DNA of 64,000 bases, taken from Bacilli bacterium. GTDB lineage: Bacteria; Bacillota_I; Bacilli_A; ML615J-28; CAG-698. Shown piece after piece: positions 19,213 to 29,311 of this stretch. A program made the position numbers and the translations under genes. The DNA is taken from positions 5,662 to 69,661 of the forward strand of contig JAVBLL010000008.1 in assembly GCA_031553555.1 (NCBI GenBank), written 5' to 3'. Under the pieces are notes generated by a model. The model saw nothing but the letters and a program-made list of their open reading frames with translations. It searched no databases and was not told where the DNA came from. The first letter of the stretch is position 1. Every line of letters starts with the position of its first letter.

Positions 19213-21025
19213 TGAAAGCAAATTCAAGAAAAAGAAAAAATATTTTGTTAAAGGCTTAAAATTATCAATTAAAACAATTTATAATTCAAGTAAATATCTA
19301 ATAATTGGGTATGTAGTTTGTTATGCTGTTCTTAGGTTATTACCTTTAGCTAATATATATTTATTGAATATTTTATTAGATAAGTTATTTATTTTAAATA
19401 GTGAAGATAAAGTATTAAATGAAGTGATAAGCATTGCTATAATATATGTATTATCATTAATGGCTTTAAAGATAATTAATTCATTAACTGAAATAATAAG
19501 GAATATCATTTCTCAAAAGGCAGCTCATGAATATGATCAAAATATCTTATTAAAACTTAATGACATGCCAATATCATACATTGACACCTCAACTGGAAAA
19601 GACAACATTGAAGAAGCTAGATATGCTGGAGATATGGTGATTAGATATTTCTTCAGAATAATTATTTCAATTGTTAGTTTATATGCGCTTATAATAGCCT
19701 TAATTCCATTAATACAATTCAATATTTATTTCACTATAATCTTTTTTGTGTTAACAGTGCCTGCTGTTTATTTCTCGCTTAAAATTGAAAAAAACATGTG
19801 GGACTTCCGAAAGGGAAAAAGGGCTGACATAAGAAAAATGAGTTATTATCGATGGATGCTAACCGATCCATGGCCGGCTAAAGATATCAGAATGTATGAT
19901 TTGACTGAAAATATTAAGAAAAGATATAATGAAGAAAAAGATAAATATATTAAACATAACACCAAACATTTGCTTAGTAATTTAAAAATCGGATTAATTG
20001 GAGGGATCTTTAGAAGAATTGGCGAATTAATTTTTTTGGCATTTGTCATTATACAGACATTTAAAGGAAACATTTCCATTGGTAAAATGACTCTTTTAAT
20101 AGGTTATTCAGAAATAATTATCAATCAAATTTATGCTATTTTTACTACAGGCATAATTTATTATAAATTAGAGCTTGATGAACTTGAAAAAGTTTTTGAT
20201 TTTCTAGATTATGAAACAAAAGAATATAAAGGCGAATCATTAAAAAATATTGAAACCATTGTCTTTAATAATGTGTCCTTCACGTATCCATATACTAATA
20301 ATCCTATTCTTGATAATGTTTCTTTTACAATTAATAAAGGAGATAAGTTATCGATAGTTGGAATAAATGGTGCCGGTAAAACCACCATAATTAAATTGAT
20401 ATTAGGTTTATATCAGGTGAATAGTGGCGAAATATTAATTAATGGTAAAAACATTAATGATTATGACTTGCGCAGTTTGTGGCGAATATGTAGTGCTGTA
20501 TTTCAAAAATTTGTTCAATATCCATTAACAGTTAGAGAAAATATAGCAATGTCAGATTTAGAAAGATTAGATAATAATGAAGAAATCATTGCTTCCTTAA
20601 TAGAAAGTGATATATATAACAAACTTCAGACTAAAGAAGACTTTTTAGATACTCATATGACAAGAAGATTTTCTGATGAAGGCATTGAATTATCCAAAGG
20701 AGAATGGCAAAAAATTGCTCTTTCACGAGCATATTTCAAAAAGCATGAATTAATAATTTTGGATGAACCATCGGCTTCCCTTGATGCCGTAAGTGAAGAT
20801 AAAATATTTCAAAATTTTCATAATATTTCAGCATATAAAACCGCTATTTTTATATCACATCGTGTCTCAACAAGTAAGCTAGCAACAAACATTATTGTCC
20901 TAGACAACGGAAAAATTGCTGAGAGTGGAAGCCATGAAGAACTGATGAATTTAAATGGAAAGTATGCAGATCTTTATTCATTGCAAGCAAAGAAATATCA
21001 AGGAGAAAATATCCAAAATGAATAA
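19202..21025 (+). CDS. ABC exporter, fused permease/ATPase subunit 1
   Basis: N-terminal TM helices; GINGAGKTT, LSKGEWQKIALSRA, LDEPSASLD, ISHR. Confidence 0.92.
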   Translation: MKNSESKFKKKKKYFVKGLKLSIKTIYNSSKYLIIGYVVCYAVLRLLPLANIYLLNILLDKLFILNSEDKVLNEVISIAIIYVLSLMALKIINSLTEIIRNIISQKAAHEYDQNILLKLNDMPISYIDTSTGKDNIEEARYAGDMVIRYFFRIIISIVSLYALIIALIPLIQFNIYFTIIFFVLTVPAVYFSLKIEKNMWDFRKGKRADIRKMSYYRWMLTDPWPAKDIRMYDLTENIKKRYNEEKDKYIKHNTKHLLSNLKIGLIGGIFRRIGELIFLAFVIIQTFKGNISIGKMTLLIGYSEIIINQIYAIFTTGIIYYKLELDELEKVFDFLDYETKEYKGESLKNIETIVFNNVSFTYPYTNNPILDNVSFTINKGDKLSIVGINGAGKTTIIKLILGLYQVNSGEILINGKNINDYDLRSLWRICSAVFQKFVQYPLTVRENIAMSDLERLDNNEEIIASLIESDIYNKLQTKEDFLDTHMTRRFSDEGIELSKGEWQKIALSRAYFKKHELIILDEPSASLDAVSEDKIFQNFHNISAYKTAIFISHRVSTSKLATNIIVLDNGKIAESGSHEELMNLNGKYADLYSLQAKKYQGENIQNE

Positions 21026-22787
21026 AATAAATAAATTAAAACAGTTCATTAGTAATTTCTTTTTTGGTATTAGAATTGCATATATATCAAGTAAAAAGTA
21101 TTTTGCTTTTAAAGTAATCTTAATTATTCTAACCGTCTTTATTGATTTGTTTAAAATTTGGATATGGCAAGAAGTATTAAATGGTATAATAAATAACAGT
21201 TTATCATATAAAGGACTCATAATATGGATTGTAATCTATATATTTTTAAAAATATGTAGTTATGGTAGTGAATATTTTACATATTATATTGATGATCAAT
21301 ATTCTACTTTAAGCAATGTTTATATAGAAAATATTATGATAACAAAAACTGCTAGAATGGATTTGTCTTTTTTTGATTCATCAAAAATGGGCGATAAATT
21401 GAGACAAATAAGAGCCGATTTTGGGGAAATAAACAACTTAGTTAATAATATCTTTAACTGTCTTTCCTCACTTATATATATGATAAGTGCACTTATGATG
21501 CTTTTAGTATTTAATGTCTATTTTGCAATAGTTGCCGTTATATTATTCATTCCTTACTATATAATTGAACAACAACACAGAAAAAAGAATTATGAACTTA
21601 CAAAAAATATTGTAACGCAAAATCGCGAAATGGAGTATTATGAAGATGTCTTTTTTGATGAAAATAATCAATTTGAAATAAAGGTTAATGATTGTGGAAG
21701 ATACTTTCTAAATAAAAGGAAGAACATATGGCATAATATTTACAAATTAAAATTAAAACAAGATACCAATTTTAATATTAAAAAAATATTAATGGATATA
21801 ATACTTCTCACACCAGAAATAATCATATTAATTGTTGGGATATTCAAAAGGGTAATAATTGGTACACTTCAATATCAATTAAATTTAATTAATACTTTTA
21901 AAAATTATAGTGAATACTTCTTAAAAATGGTAAGCACAATAATGGTTGGGGAAGAAAAATTAAATAACCTTCGCGACTTTATGAATTTAGATGCTAATAT
22001 TGAAAAAAGTGGTGATTTGATATTAGACGAACTTCCTAAAATAGAATTCTCTAATGTGTCTTTTAAATACCCAAAAGGCGATAATGATATATTGAATAAT
22101 TGTTCATTCACCATTCAAAAAGGAGAAAAACTAGGACTAATAGGTTTAAATGGAAGTGGTAAATCGACAATCATTAAATTGTTACTCAGATTTTATGATC
22201 CACAAGAGGGCACAATTAAAATTAATGATTTAGATATTAAAGAATACGACATATACTCAGTGAGAAAAGTATTCGGAGTATTATTTCAAGAATATGTGAC
22301 ATACTGCCTTCCGTTAAGAGAAATAATAGCTTTATCATCATTTGATGATAGAAATAATGACGAATTATTAGATAAGGCCTGCATTCAAAGTGGGGCAATA
22401 AAAATAATTGACCAATGGGAAAATAAATATGAAACTATTCTTGGAAGATATTATGCAGACGATGGAAAGAATTTAAGTGGTGGGCAGTGGCAAATCATTT
22501 CACTAGCTCGTACATATTTTCAAAGAAGTGATTTTGTCGTTTTAGATGAACCATCAGCAGCACTTGATCCAATAGAAGAAAATAAAATATTTAAAAGACT
22601 ATATGATTTAAGTGAAAACAAAGGATCTATTATTATTTCCCATCGCTTATCAAATACAGTTTTAGCCGATAAAATAATTGTCCTAGAAGATGGCAAGATA
22701 ATAGAAACAGGTAGCCATAAAGAATTAATTATGTTAAATGGCAAATATGCTCAATATTTTAATTTACAGGCTAGTAAGTATATTTAA
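21018..22787 (+). CDS. ABC exporter, fused permease/ATPase subunit 2
   Basis: TM helices; GLNGSGKST, LSGGQWQ, LDEPSAALD, ISHRLS; AGGAG RBS before ATG 21018. Confidence 0.92.
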   Translation: MNKINKLKQFISNFFFGIRIAYISSKKYFAFKVILIILTVFIDLFKIWIWQEVLNGIINNSLSYKGLIIWIVIYIFLKICSYGSEYFTYYIDDQYSTLSNVYIENIMITKTARMDLSFFDSSKMGDKLRQIRADFGEINNLVNNIFNCLSSLIYMISALMMLLVFNVYFAIVAVILFIPYYIIEQQHRKKNYELTKNIVTQNREMEYYEDVFFDENNQFEIKVNDCGRYFLNKRKNIWHNIYKLKLKQDTNFNIKKILMDIILLTPEIIILIVGIFKRVIIGTLQYQLNLINTFKNYSEYFLKMVSTIMVGEEKLNNLRDFMNLDANIEKSGDLILDELPKIEFSNVSFKYPKGDNDILNNCSFTIQKGEKLGLIGLNGSGKSTIIKLLLRFYDPQEGTIKINDLDIKEYDIYSVRKVFGVLFQEYVTYCLPLREIIALSSFDDRNNDELLDKACIQSGAIKIIDQWENKYETILGRYYADDGKNLSGGQWQIISLARTYFQRSDFVVLDEPSAALDPIEENKIFKRLYDLSENKGSIIISHRLSNTVLADKIIVLEDGKIIETGSHKELIMLNGKYAQYFNLQASKYI

Positions 22788-22822
22788 TTGTAAATATATA
22801 AATTCTTAAATATTTGAATAGT

Positions 22823-22871
22823 CAAAAGACTTGTTATAATTGATACCATATCAATTGTAACAAGTCTTTTG
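22823..22871. terminator. Long hairpin (23-bp stem) ending the ABC operon
   Basis: CAAAAGACTTGTTATAATTGATA-CCA-TATCAATTGTAACAAGTCTTTTG, one G.T wobble. Confidence 0.75.
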
Positions 22872-23046
22872 TGTGTTTTATAATTATTAGCGCAAATAAA
22901 TAGTTTTTATTCTAATCTATTAAAATATATTTTACTATAAATAATCTAAATATTTATCAAAAACCACATCTTTTTACAATTTATTCATTAAATTCTTTTG
23001 CTTTTGATAAAAATATGTTATAATAATAGATAAAAGCAGTATATTT

Positions 23047-23178
23047 ATGAAATACATTATTTGTGGGAGTGAAGCGATTAACAATAAATGCAATATATGT
23101 GGATATAAATTATATATTGCGAAGAAATCAATATTCAATAAACTATTTAAATCAAATGAAAGTGACCTTTTTTATTAA
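23047..23178 (+). pseudogene. Short zinc-ribbon-like remnant (43 aa)
   Basis: MKYIICGSEAINNKCNICGYK..: one intact and one degenerate CxxC; TGtTATAAT upstream; weak RBS. Confidence 0.3.
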
Positions 23179-23338
23179 ATGAAATTACCAAGGTGCAAGA
23201 TTTTTTTAGATTTTACTATAGATTTTATTAAAAAAAGCACATATAGTCGAGGAAAAATCATTAGAAACTGTCTAATTTGATCTTTAATATTAAATAATTA
23301 TTATATGTTTTTTAGCAAGTAATATAATAGTCTCAATG

Positions 23339-23374
23339 CACGTCGAGACTATCGTATTGCTTTATAGGAGATAA
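23339..23374 (+). repeat. Spare rlmD 3' end, copy 1 (att-like junction)
   Basis: Reads HVETIVLLYRR*, a canonical RlmD C-terminus; shares GACTATCGTATTGCTTTATAG with 30882-30902. Confidence 0.8.
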
Positions 23375-23592
23375 AGTGTCGTCAACATACCATCAATATG
23401 CTGTTTTTGGTAATAAAAACATAACTCAGCACTTAGATAGTCTCGAGGTAATGTTGAAGCTCACTAATTGAAACAAGTTAAAAATAAGAAAAAAGTAATA
23501 GTTGTTGAGTTAGGCAACATATAAAACGAAAAATTTCAATGTAGTGTTGAGACAGGAAACATATTTAAAAAGTTAAAGGAAGTAGGAGTAAT

Positions 23593-24837
23593 ATGAATGA
23601 AGATAAAATTAGAGTAGTTGAGTTATTTGCTGGTGTTGGAGGTTTTAGGCTTGGTTTAGAAAGAGCATCAACTATATTTGACACAGTCTTTGCAAGCCAA
23701 TGGGAACCAGGAAAAAAAGTTCAACATGCCTATAATTGCTACATATCACATTTTGGGGATAGTTCAAAGCACTCTAATAAAGATATAAACCTTGCCAAAA
23801 AAGACATTCCCGAACATGATTTATTAGTCGGAGGATTTCCTTGCCAAGATTATAGTGTGGCACACGGGAATAGTGCAGAAGGAATAAAGGGAAAAAAAGG
23901 GGTGTTATGGTGGGATATATTAGATATCATAAACGCTAAACAACCATCTATGATTCTATTGGAAAATGTTGACAGATTATTGAAGTCACCTTCTCAACAG
24001 AGAGGAAGAGATTTCGGCATTATGTTAAGAACTTTAGATGGGGAAGGTTATAATTGCGAATGGCGTGTTATAAATGCTGCAAATTATGGTTTAGCTCAAA
24101 AAAGACGAAGAATATTTATTTTTGCGTATCCTAGAAAAAATAAAAAAATATTTTTTGGTGAAAATGATGCAGCCAGTTTAGTTGAAAACAATGGCTTTTT
24201 TGCAACAATTTTTCCTATTGCAGCGACAGATATTAAGAAAAAAGCAGTTAATATGGATATAAGAGATGACAAATATAAAGATTTAGTTGATTTTAGTGAT
24301 AGATTCGTAACGGTTTTTTTGAATTCAGGTGTCATGATAGATGGGCATGTATATAGTTGTGAAACAATACCAGAATGCGTAGAGAGTCAGACAATCGGAG
24401 ATATTATTCAAAGTGATTTAACAGATTCTAAATATGAAATAAACGATTCCAAAGAAAAATTTGAAAAGTTGAAAGGATCGAAACAATTAGCAAGGCTTAC
24501 CCCAGATGGCGAGATTTATTTATATTCTGAAGGACAAATGTCTTTTCCGGATTCAATGGATGAGCCCGCGAGAACTTTATTAACAAGCGAATCATCTGTT
24601 TCGAGAACAACACATGTTATTTTAGATCCTAATACAAATAAATTAAGAGTGCTAACTCCACTTGAGTGCGAAAGATTAAATGGATTTAATGACAATTGGA
24701 CAAATACAGGCATGCCAGAAAAATTCAGATATTTCTGTATGGGAAATGCATTAGTAGTTCCTTTAGTTGAAAAAATGGGGAAAAGAATTAAAGAGTTAAT
24801 GGAGGTAACAAGATATGCAAAACAATCTAGTAGATGA
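23593..24837 (+). CDS. dcm: DNA (cytosine-5)-methyltransferase, M.Sau3AI-like (probably GATC)
   Basis: ELFAGVGG, QWEP, GGFPCQDYSVA, GKKGVLWW, ENVDRLLKSP, QKRRRIFI, MGNALVV. Confidence 0.93.
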   Translation: MNEDKIRVVELFAGVGGFRLGLERASTIFDTVFASQWEPGKKVQHAYNCYISHFGDSSKHSNKDINLAKKDIPEHDLLVGGFPCQDYSVAHGNSAEGIKGKKGVLWWDILDIINAKQPSMILLENVDRLLKSPSQQRGRDFGIMLRTLDGEGYNCEWRVINAANYGLAQKRRRIFIFAYPRKNKKIFFGENDAASLVENNGFFATIFPIAATDIKKKAVNMDIRDDKYKDLVDFSDRFVTVFLNSGVMIDGHVYSCETIPECVESQTIGDIIQSDLTDSKYEINDSKEKFEKLKGSKQLARLTPDGEIYLYSEGQMSFPDSMDEPARTLLTSESSVSRTTHVILDPNTNKLRVLTPLECERLNGFNDNWTNTGMPEKFRYFCMGNALVVPLVEKMGKRIKELMEVTRYAKQSSR

Positions 24838-25513
24838 AGTATCGGTTGAAAAATATATTCAGGATAGAATTTCAGAATTTAAAGGTTTAACAATTACACA
24901 GCTAAAAGAAAAGTTTAAGATTAATAGCACTTCGAAAAGTCTTAATTCAATGTTAATCTCTAGAATTGTAAGTTTGGAAAACATTGATATTGAATCTTTA
25001 CTATTCCTGAAAAAGCATTATGTATTTAAAACCGTAAAGGTAACTGCTAAAAATAAAGTTACTGAAAGCATGTCCTTTCCTGCAATTGATTACTATGATA
25101 TGTTAAAACATGATTGGAATAATTCCAATACTTACAAATATTTTTCCGAGAAAACATTTTTGTTATTTATTTTTAAAGAATCAGAAAACGATTCGATTCT
25201 TATAGATTTTATTACTCTAAAATTTTCCAAACTAGATTTATCAGAAATTTTCCTGGTTTGGGAAAAAGTTAAGAATATGTTAATTAATAATACACTAATT
25301 ATTGGAGGAAAATTTGGTTATTCTGTTGAAAATTTTCCTAAGAAAAACGAGAATGGTTTAATTCATGTCAGGCCGCATGATAACGACTCAAAAGTCGGCA
25401 AAATATTATTACCAGATGGAAGAAAAATAATTAATTATTGCTTTTGGTTAAATAACACTTTTATTGAAAATAAAATAAATAATGGAGGAATTCTATATGA
25501 GAAAGTTAGATAA
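24815..25513 (+). CDS. MutH/Sau3AI-family protein matching only the C-terminal non-catalytic domain of Sau3AI
   Basis: KTVKV..ESMSF, FLLFIFKE, HVRPH, FWLNN match the Sau3AI C-terminal half; no PD...ELK motif; 232 aa. Confidence 0.8.
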   Translation: MQNNLVDEVSVEKYIQDRISEFKGLTITQLKEKFKINSTSKSLNSMLISRIVSLENIDIESLLFLKKHYVFKTVKVTAKNKVTESMSFPAIDYYDMLKHDWNNSNTYKYFSEKTFLLFIFKESENDSILIDFITLKFSKLDLSEIFLVWEKVKNMLINNTLIIGGKFGYSVENFPKKNENGLIHVRPHDNDSKVGKILLPDGRKIINYCFWLNNTFIENKINNGGILYEKVR

Positions 25514-26717
25514 TATTAAGCAATTTGCTGAAGAAGTTGGAATAGAAACTCCAGACTGGGAGTCAACGGGCCAAAAAATGACCGTTTATTTAGTTCCTCT
25601 TGATAAATTGTTTTATAATGATGAAAATGGAAGAATATCTACATCAATAAGTGGTGATAAAGAAATTAATCCTGATTTGAATTATGAAGATATGGATTTA
25701 AAGGACTACAATAATAAAATCCACAATTTTGTTAAAGAATCTAATAATAGAGAAGATTTTCAAAAAACATATAACGATATTAAGCTTAAAGGCCAAATTA
25801 GACCTGGAGTTGTTTTATTTGACGGAAGAGTAGTTAGTGGAAATAGAAGATTTACAGTTCTAAGAGAGTTATATAGTGATACTGCTAATGACAAATTTGC
25901 TTATTTTAAGTGCTTTATAATCGAAAAAAACCTAGAAAATGAACAAGATAGGAAATATATAAAGACTATTGAAAGATTAACACAATTTGGTGTTGATGAA
26001 AAAGTGGATTATGATCCGATTTCAAGATTAGTAGATATCTATTACGATTTAATAGCTCCAAATCATATATGGACAATTGATGAATATTCGAAAAAATTAA
26101 GTTTAAAAAAATCAGACGTCGAACTAATGTATCATAAAGCAAAAATTATCGCTGATTTTCTTGATTATGACGAAAAGCCTAATAAATTTCATATTGCAAG
26201 ACAATTAAAAATGGACGGGCCAGTACAAGAGTTGGCAAGGTTATATAAGAATGTTAGTGTTGCTGAATGGAATAGAATCAGGGTGGTTTTTTATTCTAGT
26301 ATGAAGCAAAAAGGTGATAGAACTCGTGATATTAGAGGGCTAATAAAAGTTTACAATGAAAACCCAGAAAGTTTTAATGCACTAATAAAAAAATGCATTG
26401 GCGATGTAGAAGAAAACGAATTTAAGCAACCGATTTTCGCTGAAAACAAAGAAAATAGAGATAAGGACAATGACAATCATCCAGTTATTTCAGTTCTTTC
26501 AAACGATACTAATAATAGCATTTTTGAAGCAATATATGCGACAAAAGCAGAATCAAATAGAGCGGAAAAGGTAAAAAAGGTCATAAGTTATATTGAAAAC
26601 TTTAACAATAATATAGATGATGCTTTTTCACTTATGAATCAAGGGGAAATTAATAATTTTAAAATCAAAATTGAAATGTTAAAAAAGAAAATAAATGATA
26701 TAGAAAGTAAGTGGTAA
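25497..26717 (+). CDS. ParB/Srx-like domain protein
   Basis: LFYNDENGRI, GQIRPGVVLFDGRVVSGNRRF ParB-like core; coiled-coil C-terminus; GGAGG RBS. Confidence 0.75.
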   Translation: MRKLDNIKQFAEEVGIETPDWESTGQKMTVYLVPLDKLFYNDENGRISTSISGDKEINPDLNYEDMDLKDYNNKIHNFVKESNNREDFQKTYNDIKLKGQIRPGVVLFDGRVVSGNRRFTVLRELYSDTANDKFAYFKCFIIEKNLENEQDRKYIKTIERLTQFGVDEKVDYDPISRLVDIYYDLIAPNHIWTIDEYSKKLSLKKSDVELMYHKAKIIADFLDYDEKPNKFHIARQLKMDGPVQELARLYKNVSVAEWNRIRVVFYSSMKQKGDRTRDIRGLIKVYNENPESFNALIKKCIGDVEENEFKQPIFAENKENRDKDNDNHPVISVLSNDTNNSIFEAIYATKAESNRAEKVKKVISYIENFNNNIDDAFSLMNQGEINNFKIKIEMLKKKINDIESKW

Positions 26718-26719
26718 TT

Positions 26720-29311
26720 ATGTCATTAAATGAAATAAAAATAAAACCTTTTTTTAACTCTCAAAATGATGATGTAATTGAAGAATTCTACATTCCTGCT
26801 CTTTCAAATGCTAAGTGCTATAAAAGAGTTAGTGCATATTTTGATTCTAACATTCTTTCTCTTTACTCAAAAGGTATAGAAAACATTATAAAAGAAAAAG
26901 GGCATATATATTTTGTTTTTTCATGTGAAATTAATGAAAATGACTTCGAACTGATTAAAAAAGCTTATTCAGATAAAATGCAAATTTTCAATAGATTAAA
27001 TGATAGAATCAGTGATGAGTATCCGAGTGACGAGCTTAAAAATTTAGCTTACTTAATTAAGTATGGATTTGTTGATATAAAAATTGCATTCACAAAAACT
27101 GGTGGAATATTTCACGATAAATTCGGCTTAATAGAAGATGAAAGCAATTCAATATATTTTCGCGGTTCTAATAATGAAACAATAGCTTCTGTTTCTTGCA
27201 ATTATGAATCTTTTGAAACGACCTGTTCTTGGAATGCATCGAATAGTGAGAATAAAAAAATTCAGAATGCACAAGAAAATTTTAATAAGCTTTGGAATAA
27301 TAATGCATCAGATGATTTGTATGTTATCGATATCCCAGAAATAGTTAAAGAGAAAATTGTTTCATATTCAAAAGATAGGTTGATTCTTAATTACGAGAAT
27401 AAAGAAAATACTTTTATTCTTGATTTTATTGATAAAAAAATAATAGGAATCAATAATTTAAAAGGGATTAATTATTTGTCTCCAGAATATAGTTTTTTTA
27501 AAAGAGAATTACAACATTTGGTTCAGTCTATATCAGGTTCAAAATATTATTTTTCTAAATTAAACTATTTACACATTAAAAAACTGATAGCGATAATTAA
27601 GGAATATGCTGATAAATATTCTTTTAATGTATATATTACACAGTCATTAAATAAGTTTATCTATCAATGGGATATTATTTTAGATAAAAGACGATTATTA
27701 GGAATTTCTATAAAAAATAAAGATTCTATTTTACAAAAAGATTTTGAAAATTTTCGCAATATTGTTAATTCAGAAATGGTGCGCAGTTTAAGAGAACCAC
27801 AGCTTTGGGATGCTTTTCATATGAGTTATATGATGAGAAGTGCAAATTTTTCAGTGCCTGGTGCAGGAAAAACATCTATAGTTTATGGTGCATATGCCTA
27901 CTTATCTTCAAAAAAAATAAATCAAGTAAAAAAAATAGTCATGATTGGCCCAATTAACTCATTTGGTTCTTGGAAGAGAGAATTTGATAAGTGTTTTGGA
28001 CACAAGAAAAAATTAAAAGTTTTTGATTATCAGAAAGAAAGAGAAGTCACTAGTCAAAATAGATTCTTTCAAATTGCTTTTCATGAAAAAGAAATTAATT
28101 TGTTTTTATTTAATTATGAATCGTTACAAAATAACATTGATGCATTAAAACATATTGTAGATTCTGAAACACTTTTGGTTTTTGATGAAGTTCATAGAAT
28201 AAAATCAATTGATGGAAAAAGGGCAACTTCAGCTTTAAAAATATGTGATAACGCTCGATTTAGAGTTGTTTTAACAGGAACACCAATTCCAAATGGGTAT
28301 GTCGACTTATATAATATGTTAAACCTATTGTTCACGGATGAATATGAATCTTTTTTCGGATTTGATAAGTCTTTTTTGAAATTAGCAAACAATTATGAGA
28401 TAAATCAGAATGCTATCAATCAGTCTATTTATCCGTTCTTCTGCAGAACTAATAAAGCAGATTTAAATGTTCCACCTGCTGATTTGGATAATCTAGACGC
28501 AGGTTATTGCATTACAAATACTCGAGAAAGTGAGCTATTTGAAATAATATATAGGGCATTTCATAAAAACACGCTCCTTTTATATATCAGACTAATACAG
28601 GCTTCTAACAATCCATCATTATTACTGAATTCAATAAAAAAAGAGGATGAAATATTATTTAATACTTTTGATTATTCACCGGATTTTATTGAAGATAGTT
28701 TTGAAGAAATTAGCGAATTAACATCTGAAGATATAGAATATATTAAGTCATTTGATATGACGACAAAATTCTATAAAGGAATAGATTTAGTTAGTCAGTT
28801 GGTTAAGCAAGGATTGGTTATTGTATGGGGGATTTTTGTTGACACTTTATATAAAATAAGAGCTGAACTATTAAATAGAGGGATAAAAGCAAGGGTTATT
28901 AATGGCTCAGTACCAATTAGTGAAAGAGAAAATATTATTAATGATTTTTTAGATAATAAATTTGATGTGCTAATAACTAATCCACATACTTTAGCCGAAT
29001 CAGTTTCTTTACATACTTCTTGTCATCAAGCTGTATATTTTGAATATAGTTTCAATTTAGTTCACATGTTGCAATCAAGAGATAGAATACATAGATTAGG
29101 TTTAGCTGAGGATGCACGAACATCATATTATTACTTAATATTGGATAACCCTTATAGTTTATATACACCAATTGATAAGAAAATTTATCAAAGATTGCTT
29201 GAGAAAGAAGATATTCAAAATAAGGCGTTAAACGCTGAAAGAGTGACGTTTGTATTTGATGATGTTAAAGCAGATGTGATTAGTTTGCTTGGAGATTTCT
29301 ATGGCAAATAG
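26720..29311 (+). CDS. PLD (HxK) nuclease domain fused to SNF2-type SF2 helicase
   Basis: FYIPAL..YKRVSAYF and FHDKFG...GSNNET (PLD); NFSVPGAGKT, DEVH, LTGTPIPN, QSRDRIHRLG (helicase). Confidence 0.85.
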   Translation: MSLNEIKIKPFFNSQNDDVIEEFYIPALSNAKCYKRVSAYFDSNILSLYSKGIENIIKEKGHIYFVFSCEINENDFELIKKAYSDKMQIFNRLNDRISDEYPSDELKNLAYLIKYGFVDIKIAFTKTGGIFHDKFGLIEDESNSIYFRGSNNETIASVSCNYESFETTCSWNASNSENKKIQNAQENFNKLWNNNASDDLYVIDIPEIVKEKIVSYSKDRLILNYENKENTFILDFIDKKIIGINNLKGINYLSPEYSFFKRELQHLVQSISGSKYYFSKLNYLHIKKLIAIIKEYADKYSFNVYITQSLNKFIYQWDIILDKRRLLGISIKNKDSILQKDFENFRNIVNSEMVRSLREPQLWDAFHMSYMMRSANFSVPGAGKTSIVYGAYAYLSSKKINQVKKIVMIGPINSFGSWKREFDKCFGHKKKLKVFDYQKEREVTSQNRFFQIAFHEKEINLFLFNYESLQNNIDALKHIVDSETLLVFDEVHRIKSIDGKRATSALKICDNARFRVVLTGTPIPNGYVDLYNMLNLLFTDEYESFFGFDKSFLKLANNYEINQNAINQSIYPFFCRTNKADLNVPPADLDNLDAGYCITNTRESELFEIIYRAFHKNTLLLYIRLIQASNNPSLLLNSIKKEDEILFNTFDYSPDFIEDSFEEISELTSEDIEYIKSFDMTTKFYKGIDLVSQLVKQGLVIVWGIFVDTLYKIRAELLNRGIKARVINGSVPISERENIINDFLDNKFDVLITNPHTLAESVSLHTSCHQAVYFEYSFNLVHMLQSRDRIHRLGLAEDARTSYYYLILDNPYSLYTPIDKKIYQRLLEKEDIQNKALNAERVTFVFDDVKADVISLLGDFYGK

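Noticed and set aside
23440-23560. AATGTTGAAGCT and GTGTTGAGACA as further att-like cores
   Set aside because: Matches of about 10 nt with no following IVLL-type codons.
23593-29311. Calling the Dcm cassette DISARM, BREX or a plain Sau3AI type II R-M system
   Set aside because: No DUF1998 DrmB, no PglZ/BrxC, and the Sau3AI-like protein lacks the catalytic domain.
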